The position numbers were made by a program, and so were the translations under genes. Source: Candidatus Thorarchaeota archaeon (GTDB taxonomy: Archaea; Asgardarchaeota; Thorarchaeia; Thorarchaeales; Thorarchaeaceae). Taken from it: a DNA stretch of 64,000 nt. Below, piece after piece: positions 10,720 through 20,853 of the stretch (positions within the stretch are counted from its first letter, which is position 1; every line of letters starts with the position of its first letter). The stretch lies in NCBI GenBank assembly GCA_029855935.1, contig JAGSHN010000025.1, positions 64,001-128,000 on the forward strand. Reading direction: 5' to 3'. The notes beneath the pieces are model-generated. The model was not told the DNA's origin, did not search any database, and saw nothing but the letters and a program-made list of their open reading frames with translations.

Positions 10720-11484
10720 CTACCTGCGTCTCCGCCGGTCGAACAGACTGGACGCAGCATCTGCAAGCACCTTGTTCGCACGGCGTATCCAGCCGTCCGC
10801 AAGCTCATGCAGATACGCCAAGTCTGACTCGGAGTCATAGACGTCTCGCCAGGGACCATTCTGAATCATGTCCACTATCTCATCAGGAGTCAGCATAGCG
10901 AGCTCCATCAGACTCTCAATGCCCGCGCCGTAGCGAAAGAGATTTGCCTCCAGAACAATGTCTTCGGCGTCTTCCTCCTCGATTCCAAGATCCTCGGCAA
11001 GCTCCTCAGGAGGCGAATCAGCCAGTTCCTCCACGGAGAATATTCCAGCCCGGTCAAAGTCAAGGTCACCGTAGGAGTCAGGATCCGCGACAACAGTCGG
11101 CGGTATCGGGATCTCGGCGCCGCCGTGAGCCGAGGGCTGACTGAGAGGGTTGGGATCGGGGTCGAAGGCTGCGTAGTCCTTCACGAGCCTGGCATCGGCC
11201 AGACGCCTCATCTCAGCGAGGAACGCCGAGTGACTCGCTGGGGGCGGGTCGGCATTCAGAATACGCACGCGGCCTGTGCCTACCGTGTTTCTTGAGAGAA
11301 CCCACCAGAGATGAGCTTGTGACCTCACCTCGGGAAGGCCCAAGATGACAAGATGCACAGCCAATATGACAGCCAGCAACGACAAGAGCGGTCCATACGG
11401 CCAGAGCAGCACTGCCATCAGCAAGGCAAATACCGCGAGAGCAACCACCAGGGCGTCTCGGTTGACTATGTCCGGTCTGTGCAT
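10720..11484 (-). CDS. Membrane-anchored protein with tandem HhH-like (DUF4332-like) repeats
   Basis: Two N-terminal TM helices; AGIFSVEELA and AGIESLMELA repeats; C-terminal WIRRA. Confidence 0.6.
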   Translation of the reverse strand: MHRPDIVNRDALVVALAVFALLMAVLLWPYGPLLSLLAVILAVHLVILGLPEVRSQAHLWWVLSRNTVGTGRVRILNADPPPASHSAFLAEMRRLADARLVKDYAAFDPDPNPLSQPSAHGGAEIPIPPTVVADPDSYGDLDFDRAGIFSVEELADSPPEELAEDLGIEEEDAEDIVLEANLFRYGAGIESLMELAMLTPDEIVDMIQNGPWRDVYDSESDLAYLHELADGWIRRANKVLADAASSLFDRRRRR

Positions 11485-11639
11485 CTGATCTTTTCCCCGC
11501 CCTAGGTCCTGTATCGGTAGCCTAAAGAACCTTCACCTGACGGAAAGGTCCGTTGATGCATGCGTCCAGCTAGACATAGGACATCTGTCGCCTAGCCGGG
11601 AGACGCAGCAGACAAATCATTGCAGGCGGTGGACAACAG

Positions 11640-12212
11640 TTGTCGGTCATAGCCATCGGAGGCACTCCAGGCACCGGGAAGAGTCAAGTCGCAAGGATAC
11701 TGGGCTCACTGCTATCCCTCGAGGTCATATCTCTTGGTGAGCTTGCCCGGAGGGCGGGATGCATCAGCGACCACGATGGAGAGAGAGACTCTGACATAAT
11801 TGACGAAGACTGTCTTGTGGAGGCCATAGTTGACCTTCTTGATGAGAGAGAGGGAAAACAGATGATTGTCGAGGGTCACTATGTAGACCTGCTGCCGAGC
11901 AGGTCCGTTAGGCTCGCAGTCATCCTCCGTACCCATCCAGAGACCCTTCGGACAAGGCTCAGAGAGCGAGGGTATTCCGAGCCCAAGGTGAGAGAGAACG
12001 TGGAGGCCGAGGTCATAGGCGTCTGCCAGATGGACGCCATCGAGTCCTTCGGCGAGGACCGCGTGGTCGAGATTGACACGACCGACTTGACACCGGAGAA
12101 CACGGCGAACAACATCATCGAGTTTCTCAGGAATGGTCCGCCCAAAGACAGAATCGACTGGATGGAGATGCTGGAACGCGAGGGGCGCCTTGATGATTAC
12201 CTTGAGCCCTGA
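11640..12212 (+). CDS. Adenylate kinase, AK6/Fap7 family
   Basis: GGTPGTGKS P-loop, VEGH, RGYSEPKVRENVEAE. Confidence 0.9.
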   Translation: MSVIAIGGTPGTGKSQVARILGSLLSLEVISLGELARRAGCISDHDGERDSDIIDEDCLVEAIVDLLDEREGKQMIVEGHYVDLLPSRSVRLAVILRTHPETLRTRLRERGYSEPKVRENVEAEVIGVCQMDAIESFGEDRVVEIDTTDLTPENTANNIIEFLRNGPPKDRIDWMEMLEREGRLDDYLEP

Positions 12213-12221
12213 ACTCCGCGA

Positions 12222-12818
12222 CTACAGACGCTCTCTCATCGCTATTGCGAGAAGGCTGAGTGCAGCTACGAGGTACATCGTCAGTGGAGTACCAGTCGCA
12301 TACACTCCCACGTCAGGCGAAACACTGTTGGCAAACGAGACCAAATAGTAGACAGCAGAACCACCCATCGCGGTCATCAGCCCGGGGATGAGCGAGAGAT
12401 AGGTAGCGCGGGGATCTCTGTATGCCAAGACCGCCAGAACCACAAAGAGGCCCCCAGCCACCAAGGGGAGAACAAAGAAGGGGCTTCCAGTACTCACAAA
12501 GACCTCGTAGAAGGTGTCAAACCCCACACCGGGCGGGTGAACCATCACTACCGAGAACTCGCTCCAGACTGACAACATAGCAGCAACGAGAAGAATGAAT
12601 GCCGGCCAGCGGTAGGTCACGATTCCCACGCCACGCGCCTTCAGCCGTTTCCTGAGCTCCTCTCCCTTCCGTCTGCGCTCCTCCTCTCGTCGGAGCTCGA
12701 TCTCGCGCTCTCGCTCTGTGAGGCCGTCCCCCTTGCCTTGGTCTTCACTGCTCACCGCTCGCACTATCTCCTCGGCCATCTCCTCAGCAGTGTCTTCTTC
12801 TCTATCGGTGCTTGTCAT
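12222..12818 (-). CDS. Hypothetical membrane protein (charged N-terminus, 4 TM)
   Basis: ORF composition only. Confidence 0.7.
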   Translation of the reverse strand: MTSTDREEDTAEEMAEEIVRAVSSEDQGKGDGLTEREREIELRREEERRRKGEELRKRLKARGVGIVTYRWPAFILLVAAMLSVWSEFSVVMVHPPGVGFDTFYEVFVSTGSPFFVLPLVAGGLFVVLAVLAYRDPRATYLSLIPGLMTAMGGSAVYYLVSFANSVSPDVGVYATGTPLTMYLVAALSLLAIAMRERL

Positions 12819-12889
12819 CCGTGCTCGATCAACCGCTCGAACAGAGGCATATAAGCCTCAGGTTCGAAGAGCTGATGCCATCGAACGCG

Positions 12890-15280
12890 TCACTCACTCA
12901 GGCATCTCCGTATTCTCTGACTCTGCACGACCTCCCTCACAGCATCACGCACATCGGAACGCGTGGCGACCGACTCAATCGTGTCAGCCGTGTCGGACCC
13001 GTCCTTAGCATATGAGGACAGTAGCTGGTGCAGTCTATCATCATCCGAGAGATAGAGCTCATAGACCAAGGCATCAGCAAGATCATCTAGCGCTCCGAAT
13101 GTTTTCGATGACACAACAGCTTGATCCGCCACTCGGGCCAGTCTGTGCAAGGCACGACCGATCAGGCTGTAGACCTTAGGGTTGGGTGGTGTGGCGACCG
13201 GCAGATCCTCCATCATTCCCGTGTTCAGACAGGTGGTGAGCTGGGAGCGATTGGTCAGGAACTGCACGCACACGTTCCTTATCAATCGAGAGTTGAGAAT
13301 GACCGCAAGGCCATAGGCATCGAGCGGCAGTCCGCTATGTCTGACTCTCACAAGGCCTCCGCCGTGAATCATCCCCTGCGGTTTCACGACACATCGAGGA
13401 TAGGGCAGATTCTTGGTCGCAACTAGGAACTCGTTCTCAAACGACACCCTCAGCAGGCGGTCATCGTGGAACGACCAGTCAGTGTAGTTGAGGTGACTGT
13501 TGTTGAACACATAGCGCCCACTGCTCCTGCCGGTGGAAGCATATGGCACGGGAAACTCGTCCGATTGTCTCACCGATACATGACGGCGGGGGATGTCGCG
13601 GCCACGGCTTGCACTGAGCACTCCGGTTCTTCCAGCGGAGAGAATGCGCTCAAAGACATCGTCGGCATATATCACCATCACGTTGCCTCTGAAGAGCAAG
13701 TCACGACTAACGGTGGCGACACGCCGAACTCCAGGACGCCGCGACAATACTCGAACTGAGGACGGCCTCTCGGAAGGAACGGCGCTGGCGTAGAGCGTCA
13801 CCACCTCAAGGGTCACCCCATCAAAGAGAGCACCCTCGTCGGTTATTTGCCACAGGGTGAGATGGTCTCTCACAAAATGGCGCGTCTTAGCGAACTGTCG
13901 GGTTCTCAGAAGACTGTTGGGCAGTAGCAGGCCCAGTTGTCCTGAGCTGTTGAGCAGCATCTTCGACCGAAGAATGAACAGCGATGCACTGTTCCACGTC
14001 CCGGTCCGCCCGCCACTGACTGACCATGGATACTCTGTGCTGATGTACTCACGTTCGCAGCGGCTCGTGACATTCCCATATGGAGGATTCGAGATCACAA
14101 CGTCAAAGCCCGGGTCAGAACGATTCATCACGTGAGGAAAGGTACGCGGCCAGTCGAGAGGCCTGCTCATCGCATCCGCCGATGCCTGCTCCTCGTGGGA
14201 ATGAACGTGCCGTCCGACAAGCGAGTTACCGACAGCGAGGTTCACAGGTAGGTGACGAGGAAGAGGGCCTTGAGTGTGGCTCAGCGCCCAGAGACGCAAC
14301 CGTACTGTTGAGCATCTCACTGCTGACTCATGTATGTCGACTCCATAGAGGTTCCGGCGGAGTATGGTCACTGGAAGCGATCCATCCATCTCCTCTGTGG
14401 ACCTCGATAGAAGGGAGAGGAGCCAGCTAGCAGCCGCCTCCAGAAAGACTCCTCCACCCAAGGCTGGGTCGAGCACGGTCACCGAGGCCAGGAGCTCCGT
14501 CTGAGCTGTGCGGGGGACCGGCCGAGGGGGCCACAAGGAGGGGGGCTCCTCACCGGTAAGTGTGTGATCAGGGGCCGTAGCGCCAATAGCGATGTTGGCC
14601 CAACGTGAGAGCACCGTTGCCGATATCTCGCGAGCGATGGCCTCAGGAGTGTAGAAGGTCCCTGTCGAACGGTTATGCGATCTCCACCTTCTCGCGACAA
14701 CGCGGAGCGCATTGGACACATCGCTCCCGACCACGGACGCCGCGGACAGAACAGGCAGATACGTCTCGTGCAGGACCTGAAACGGCGAGAGCGACAGGGA
14801 CCACCGTGGCGCAGAACACAGCACATCTCGCACCGTGCGAACAAAGTCGGAGATCACGTGTCGAGAGAGATGGACTGGTCCGGTTGGCTGAGGAATACCC
14901 TCGTAGACGATGCCGATGAGCTCACACGGAGAGAGGCCGTATTGTGCGCTGTCAACAAGGTCTGAGCCTGTACCGTACAGCGCGTCGAGAATCTCATCGG
15001 CGGAGAATGGGCCCATCTCGATCTCCTGAAGTAAGTGATACTGGCCCTCCGAGCCCGTGTGGCCCGCCGATTCTAGAAGGCCTGCGCCTATTGAATACAG
15101 TAAGACGAAGAGCCTCTCAGCAATATCGTGGGCCACGACGATGCTGTCGCCAATTGGGAGCGAATCACCCAGTGCCGTGACAATGCGAAGTCGTGCACGG
15201 CTCAGGCTGTGCCCAACAGCGGATGATGGCCGTGCACGGGAATACAATGAACTCTCTGCACACGACCTCACCACGCGCAT
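12890..15280 (-). CDS. N6-adenine DNA methyltransferase, Eco57I/TaqI-like; start uncertain
   Basis: GTFYTP, LDPALGGGVF, YGVDI, GNSL, FDVVISNPPY; TaqI_C-like ILNSRL tail. Confidence 0.8.
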   Translation of the reverse strand: MRVVRSCAESSLYSRARPSSAVGHSLSRARLRIVTALGDSLPIGDSIVVAHDIAERLFVLLYSIGAGLLESAGHTGSEGQYHLLQEIEMGPFSADEILDALYGTGSDLVDSAQYGLSPCELIGIVYEGIPQPTGPVHLSRHVISDFVRTVRDVLCSAPRWSLSLSPFQVLHETYLPVLSAASVVGSDVSNALRVVARRWRSHNRSTGTFYTPEAIAREISATVLSRWANIAIGATAPDHTLTGEEPPSLWPPRPVPRTAQTELLASVTVLDPALGGGVFLEAAASWLLSLLSRSTEEMDGSLPVTILRRNLYGVDIHESAVRCSTVRLRLWALSHTQGPLPRHLPVNLAVGNSLVGRHVHSHEEQASADAMSRPLDWPRTFPHVMNRSDPGFDVVISNPPYGNVTSRCEREYISTEYPWSVSGGRTGTWNSASLFILRSKMLLNSSGQLGLLLPNSLLRTRQFAKTRHFVRDHLTLWQITDEGALFDGVTLEVVTLYASAVPSERPSSVRVLSRRPGVRRVATVSRDLLFRGNVMVIYADDVFERILSAGRTGVLSASRGRDIPRRHVSVRQSDEFPVPYASTGRSSGRYVFNNSHLNYTDWSFHDDRLLRVSFENEFLVATKNLPYPRCVVKPQGMIHGGGLVRVRHSGLPLDAYGLAVILNSRLIRNVCVQFLTNRSQLTTCLNTGMMEDLPVATPPNPKVYSLIGRALHRLARVADQAVVSSKTFGALDDLADALVYELYLSDDDRLHQLLSSYAKDGSDTADTIESVATRSDVRDAVREVVQSQRIRRCLSE

Positions 15281-15397
15281 GCGATTCCTCTCTCTTCGGT
15301 CAGGTGGGAATCAGATTGTGTCACTCCGAGATAAAACGGATTCGGCACTCTGACGATGAGAGAGAGAAAAAGGGGTAGAGGGGAGGTGGCGCTGCGC

Positions 15398-16270
15398 CTA
15401 TCCCACTCTTGTACCACAGTTAGGACAGAACTTGGCTCCGTTGAGCTTGGTACCGCAATTAGGACAGAACTTGGCTCCAGCTGGTGCTGCGGGTTGCTGT
15501 CCACCCTGCATAGTCCCAGCCACTGCACCCATAAAGCCCATCCCTGCGCCGAATCCAGCACCTGGACTCCGGCCGAGTGCCTCAGCGGTCTCCTTCACCG
15601 TCTCCATCCCAGCCAGCTGCTGGCCTCCCACGCCACCAGTCCGCAGCCAGAAGAGCCTCTCACGGTACTTCTCCGTCGTGTCAATACCCTCAAACTTGAG
15701 ATCCACGAGCTCAAGACCAATCCGCTCGAAGTTCATACGGACCTTTGTCTTCACCTTCATTGATGTCTCGTCGAGCTGTGTGAAGACGGTCTGAAGGTCG
15801 TAGTGAGCGAACTCGTCGATGATCCTCTCGTTCATAAAGGCGCGCAGAAAGTCGTTGATTGCCTTCGTGGTGTAGGCGTTCTGATTACCAACGACCTCCG
15901 TCACGAAGATCTTCGGCTCCTTGACGCGGAACCAGAAGACGCCGTGGAACATCAGTGGGGCAAGGTCGCTGGTCTGACCACGACCACCAAACTTACCCTG
16001 GAACTGGCCTCTAGACACGAAGATACAGGTCGCCTCAAAGACGTCCCCCTTGATCTTCTTCTTGAGCCAGCCCGCAAGGCCCGGCATGCTACTCGTGGTG
16101 AGCTTGTGGCGGCCGGCGTGGAACACGTCCAGAGCCATCCCATCACGATAGAAGATTGCGACTTGGTTCTCCATCACTATGAGCTGAGAGCCCCATGCAA
16201 TCCTGTTGTTGGGGTACCTCCACACAATCTCATCGGGGGATGCATTCGTCCACTCTATTGCATCTGCCAT
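15398..16270 (-). CDS. SPFH (YdjI-like) protein with C-terminal double zinc ribbon
   Basis: GSQLIVMENQVAIF..G...D.F.AGRHKL; two AKFCPNCGT repeats. Confidence 0.88.
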   Translation of the reverse strand: MADAIEWTNASPDEIVWRYPNNRIAWGSQLIVMENQVAIFYRDGMALDVFHAGRHKLTTSSMPGLAGWLKKKIKGDVFEATCIFVSRGQFQGKFGGRGQTSDLAPLMFHGVFWFRVKEPKIFVTEVVGNQNAYTTKAINDFLRAFMNERIIDEFAHYDLQTVFTQLDETSMKVKTKVRMNFERIGLELVDLKFEGIDTTEKYRERLFWLRTGGVGGQQLAGMETVKETAEALGRSPGAGFGAGMGFMGAVAGTMQGGQQPAAPAGAKFCPNCGTKLNGAKFCPNCGTRVG

Positions 16271-16427
16271 GTATCTGCACTCTCGTGTTAGTCGAGTCTG
16301 GTGCTGAGTACTACGCCTTTTGTTTTAAACATTGACGTGGTCTACTACGTCCATTCCGCACTGTCGTCGCGAGTATGCCATCAGCACCAGATTATTAGGT
16401 GGGGCAGAGGATAGAAGAACGGTCTCA

Positions 16428-16877
16428 ATGGACGAGAGAGGTAGCGGCAATGGCGACGGGAGATCCGTCACCCCCGAGGTCGCTATGAGAAGATACTACA
16501 ACCCGCTGGCAGTCTACTTCTACATCGGTGTCGCGATCCTGTTGTCGTACTCTCTGTTCTACGTGTTCGGCTATCGTGCGATTGTGATTGTGATGATGAT
16601 CTTTCTGATAGACGCGATCAATAGCACACGTTTCATCCTGCGCAACTCCGACAACAATATTGCACGTCGCGCGGCGTACTTCAATGTCATCCTCGCGATC
16701 GCCGCCTTCGTCCTGTTAGCGGTAAACGGAATCACCTACGAGAGTCAGGGATACTACCCGATTCTTCCGCACGTGGAGAACTTCACTCTTGCAATGCCAC
16801 TTCTGATTCTGTCAACGGAGTTCGGGCTCAGGAACATCGAGTCAATGTACGTGCAGAGAACCCGGAGCGAGTCATAG
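16428..16877 (+). CDS. Hypothetical membrane protein
   Basis: About 4 hydrophobic segments. Confidence 0.65.
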   Translation: MDERGSGNGDGRSVTPEVAMRRYYNPLAVYFYIGVAILLSYSLFYVFGYRAIVIVMMIFLIDAINSTRFILRNSDNNIARRAAYFNVILAIAAFVLLAVNGITYESQGYYPILPHVENFTLAMPLLILSTEFGLRNIESMYVQRTRSES

Positions 16878-16890
16878 CCGAACCTGAGAG

Positions 16891-17041
16891 GACCTGCTGC
16901 GCGAGATGAAGCAAGAGAGAGCAGGACAGCCTTCGACCCTCCCACCTCGCTTTCCCTAGGGGGGTCCTGAGGATTCGCGCGGCGTGAACGCCATGCGAGA
17001 TGGAGTTATCAGTGGGAGGACTGCCGGCAGCCCTGCAGGTC
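16891..17041 (-). ncRNA. Candidate structured non-coding RNA of about 150 nt
   Basis: Nested inverted repeats with closed terminal stem; TTAATAA box about 20 nt upstream on the minus strand. Confidence 0.4.
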
Positions 17042-17085
17042 TACATACGCTGGCTTTGTTATTAAGTCGTATTATGATATCATAA

Positions 17086-17841
17086 CTACAGTTCCAGACG
17101 CATCAGGTCGCTTCCGATGAGGACCTGGGTGTCAGTCCCTCCGCGGACTATCTCGACAACGCGGTCAGCAGCGGCGACGACCTCCGGAGAGAGGTGGGTG
17201 AGAACAACGCGTCTCGGGTGTGCCCTGCGGACAATCTCGCGCAGCTCGCTCGGGCTGGTGTGAGCGCCCTCAGGATGATCACCGTCCAGCCAGTTGCACT
17301 CGTGTATCAGCAGGTCAACCCTATCAGCGAGGGAGACTATGTCGTTGCTGGGTGCAGTATCGGACGTATAGAGGAGGGAGGAATCGTGTGAGGTGAGATG
17401 AAACGCACGCGAGTCCAAGCCTCCGTGAACTGTCGGGCAGGTGCGTACGATCACATCACCCAGAGTCGCCTTGGAGAAGGACTCGAGGACAACGGTCTCA
17501 ATCTCGACCTTCCCCTTCAGGTATGGATATGCTCCGTCAAAGATGCTCTCAATCCATTGTTCAAGAGGCGGAGGCCCGTAGACCTTCAAGGGTCCGTTGA
17601 AGCCCGACATCCACAGCGTCTGCACAAGAGAAGCGAGGTCCGAGCAGTGGTCCACGTGAAAGTGAGAGATCAGAACATGGCGCAGTGACGAGGGGTCTGC
17701 ACCCACCTGGTTCAGACGCCACAGAACGCCAGAGCCCACATCGAGCAGAATTGACTGTTCACCAGTTTCGACGAGAATGCCCGACTGCACCCTGTCAGCA
17801 TTTGGATGGGATGTGCCAGTGCCAAGCAGTGTGACTCTCAT
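17086..17841 (-). CDS. MBL-fold hydrolase, RNase Z/BN-like
   Basis: LLGTG, SHFHVDH, TVH, SDT, HEC, HTS, LTH. Confidence 0.88.
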   Translation of the reverse strand: MRVTLLGTGTSHPNADRVQSGILVETGEQSILLDVGSGVLWRLNQVGADPSSLRHVLISHFHVDHCSDLASLVQTLWMSGFNGPLKVYGPPPLEQWIESIFDGAYPYLKGKVEIETVVLESFSKATLGDVIVRTCPTVHGGLDSRAFHLTSHDSSLLYTSDTAPSNDIVSLADRVDLLIHECNWLDGDHPEGAHTSPSELREIVRRAHPRRVVLTHLSPEVVAAADRVVEIVRGGTDTQVLIGSDLMRLEL

Positions 17842-17882
17842 CAGCCATCACTATGAACAGTCTGCACGCCCCATAATCAGTC

Positions 17883-18269
17883 TTACCTCGCGCACGAGGA
17901 CGGCTGGCCAAGGCGTGGAGCACGCGGACACACTATTTGCGTCAGCATGTTCCGAATCAGTCTCACCTCACGGAGAATGCCTGTCACATCGGGGCGTGGT
18001 GACGATATCAGATACCAGAGGTCTAGACACTGCACATTGCGCAGGGCCCGGAGGACCGGCATCGAGTCGACACGAATTCGTCCGTTCCTGACAGCCAACC
18101 ACAGATCATCCAGGTCCCGGACCAGCCGGTCGTGAAAGGAGAGGAGACCCATCCGTGTGGAATGGGTGATTGGATACTCGTCAACAAGTGCAGTCATTGC
18201 GTCGATATGACGGAGCGCACGAGCAACGGGCGCCGGGAGGCCGTCTAGCTCACCGTCCGAAGTCATCAT
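17883..18269 (-). CDS. Hypothetical protein
   Basis: ORF from MMTSDG downstream of an AT-rich divergent promoter region. Confidence 0.45.
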   Translation of the reverse strand: MMTSDGELDGLPAPVARALRHIDAMTALVDEYPITHSTRMGLLSFHDRLVRDLDDLWLAVRNGRIRVDSMPVLRALRNVQCLDLWYLISSPRPDVTGILREVRLIRNMLTQIVCPRAPRLGQPSSCAR

Positions 18270-18369
18270 TCCCGCCGTTCTACTATGCTGGAGCCTGCTA
18301 TTTAAGACCCGATAACACTCAGTGGCACCAGTCAAGTCCTTTATAAAGAACTCAGGTCTGCGGTCGGCT

Positions 18370-19041
18370 ATGGTCGAAGCTGAGGAGTACCTCCGCGAGG
18401 CAAGGGAGCTACACAGGAAGGGCGAGTACAAGAAGGGACTGAAGGCTGCACGCAAGGCGCGAAAGAGATTCCTCAAGGCCGGGGACTACCTCAATGCGGC
18501 TGAGGCTCTTCGCATTATGGCCGACTGTGCACTCAATGGTGGTGACATCAACGAGGCCAAGAGGCTGTACAAGGAGCTCCTCGAAGAGGGCACCGGGGCC
18601 TCGTTACCCCATCTGGAGAGCGCGGGCAACTGGGGGCTTGGAGAGGCGGCAATACATCATATGGACTTCCAAACCGCAGAGGCTCACTTCAGGCTCGGCC
18701 TGCAGCAGGCCAGAGACTCCTCCAATATGTGGTTCATAGCCTGGAACTCGTTCGGTCTGGCGAAGGCCCTTCGCGGAATGGGACGGGTGAAGGAGGCACT
18801 AGCACTTCTTGATGAGGCGGAGAGACTCTTCGTGCGCCTAGGAATGGCCGAGTACGCAGCCTGGACGAAGAAGATGCGTGATGAGATGTCTGCAGAGAAA
18901 GATGCCACGGTGCCTGAACAGGAACTGAGAGTATGGTTATGTCCGATGTGTGGCTGCAGGTTCGCACCTGATGTCGCCAAGCGACTGAGCTCCGGGGAAG
19001 TTGTCACGTGTCAGTACTGCGGAACGAGCGTGGGGGCCTAG
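18370..19041 (+). CDS. TPR protein with C-terminal zinc ribbon
   Basis: TPR-like helical repeats; CPMC...CQYC. Confidence 0.8.
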   Translation: MVEAEEYLREARELHRKGEYKKGLKAARKARKRFLKAGDYLNAAEALRIMADCALNGGDINEAKRLYKELLEEGTGASLPHLESAGNWGLGEAAIHHMDFQTAEAHFRLGLQQARDSSNMWFIAWNSFGLAKALRGMGRVKEALALLDEAERLFVRLGMAEYAAWTKKMRDEMSAEKDATVPEQELRVWLCPMCGCRFAPDVAKRLSSGEVVTCQYCGTSVGA

Positions 19042-19348
19042 AGAGATCCCAACTGTACAGAAGAGGACATTCCGGGCTCTGAAACAGTGTAGTGTGGGAC
19101 AGTCACATCGTCTGCCTGAGCAAGAAAGATGCGGTGAGTCTGTGGAGTGCGCCCCGAGGCCCACAGGTCGTCAATCTGATCTCAACATCGTCAGCCGCAT
19201 TGAGGACCTGAAGCACACGGCCGCGTCTTCACGTAGAGGCCGTAGGCTGTGTCCGAGCAACGAAACACAGAGGGGAGTAGGGAAGCAGCCTGTGGCCCCA
19301 GACAGACTGACGGCGCCACAGGACCGGGTCTGGCCAGAACAGATCAAT

Positions 19349-19909
19349 CTAGTCCTGGTATCCCTTCATGTAGCCGTCGCGCTGCTTCCACTTCTCCTCA
19401 AGACGCTGCATAATCGTCCACAGACGATATGTGTAGTTCCATGCCTCATCAAACTGGCCCTGGTTCATCTTGTCCAAAAATTCCTCGACGACGTCGTTTA
19501 TCTCGCCGATGTCGTCGATGATCGTGGCATCGAACTCGTACATCCTGTCGAGTTCCTTCTCGTTGATCTTCTCCTTTGAACCCCACGCGGCGTAGCCATA
19601 GTCGGCGTAGCGCATAGCCGACTCAATCTTGTCCGTGAGCGCAAGGAGTCGGTCAAAGGTCTCCCAAGTCCGCGTGAGATTGTAGTCGACCATCATCATC
19701 TGAAGCTTCTCCAAGTCCTGTTTGACCAGCCTCAACTGATCGGCAAGGAACTCTCGGAGAACTTTGTCCGCGGCGCGGCGTTCCTCCTTCTCCTGATAGC
19801 CGTGCCAGCCAGGAATATAGTGGGTGATCTTACCGAAGATGCCACCCTTGATGTCCTTGGCTGCCTTCTTTCGGATGCGCTTAGCAATCGGGTCTGTGAC
19901 TTTACCCAT
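19349..19909 (-). CDS. Conserved hypothetical helical protein
   Basis: IPGWHGYQEKEERRAADK..RYADYGYA..LDRMYEFD pattern of a conserved archaeal/bacterial family. Confidence 0.75.
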   Translation of the reverse strand: MGKVTDPIAKRIRKKAAKDIKGGIFGKITHYIPGWHGYQEKEERRAADKVLREFLADQLRLVKQDLEKLQMMMVDYNLTRTWETFDRLLALTDKIESAMRYADYGYAAWGSKEKINEKELDRMYEFDATIIDDIGEINDVVEEFLDKMNQGQFDEAWNYTYRLWTIMQRLEEKWKQRDGYMKGYQD

Positions 19910-20037
19910 CCCAAGTGTTCTCCTTCGTGAATTGTACAACCCGGCTCACAAGGTGGTGGGTTGTGCTACTTCGGACTATGCGGCTACGCTTAAAAAATCA
20001 TTTACGGCGGTCCTGCATCCTAGCCGGCCGGGCATCG

Positions 20038-20853
20038 TCAGGACACATCGAACACCGACAATAGTTCTCGCCCCAGCTCTCTTCGCGGGAGCACTATTGA
20101 AGAGATTCTGTCAAGAGCAGATGCGAGATGCTCGGCCGCGTCAATCTGGCGCTCACTGTGACTTACGTCTCCCATCCCGTCAGTGGCAGACGAAGACTCA
20201 GATTCCGAGAGCTGTGTCAGGCGTATGGCCTGAGCGAACGATCTGCCAAATGGCCGCATTTGCTGTGCAAGAGGCAGGGCCCACCCTGCGACAAGTGCGC
20301 CGCTCACGGCACACGAGCCAGCGAATGCCAAGATTCCGCTCTCGTTGTGTCCCCCATACGGAAAGACAGAGTCATTGTCCGTTGTCGCATCACAAGCCTC
20401 CCCTCTGGCGCCTGCCCTGACGAGATGTCTCAGACCCTCACCCAGCAGCACAAGTCCGACAGGGGATCTCAGTCTACCCATTATACGTGTGGCCTCAGAG
20501 AGCATCAGGTCCCCGGCTAGGATGACAAGGCTGGTCAGGTCTCCGTCAGAGGGCATTGATTGCTCCTCGGCCATTCTGTGTAGATCCACGGCAGTCCTCA
20601 CCAGCAGGGCCGTCGTTCCCACGTCTAGGCAGTGCTCATCAGCGCCGCCAGCTAGTTCACACGAGAATAGAGCAACAATCGAGGACGGCTCTACAGGTCG
20701 GATCGTGAGAAAGTCCCGGGCCACTCCATAGAGACCCGTACCGAGGTGCCCACTGGTCTCAAGCAGTGAGAGAGCGTGCTGTGAGATCGCCCGAGAGCGG
20801 GTACGTAGAATCGAGATGTTCAATCGAACGTCTTGGCGGGGCCGCAATTCCAA
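20038..20853 (-). CDS. Degenerate polyprenyl synthetase-fold protein
   Basis: ILAGDLML and FGRSFAQAIRL resemble IPP synthases, but both DDxxD motifs are absent. Confidence 0.55.
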   Translation of the reverse strand: MELRPRQDVRLNISILRTRSRAISQHALSLLETSGHLGTGLYGVARDFLTIRPVEPSSIVALFSCELAGGADEHCLDVGTTALLVRTAVDLHRMAEEQSMPSDGDLTSLVILAGDLMLSEATRIMGRLRSPVGLVLLGEGLRHLVRAGARGEACDATTDNDSVFPYGGHNESGILAFAGSCAVSGALVAGWALPLAQQMRPFGRSFAQAIRLTQLSESESSSATDGMGDVSHSERQIDAAEHLASALDRISSIVLPRRELGRELLSVFDVS

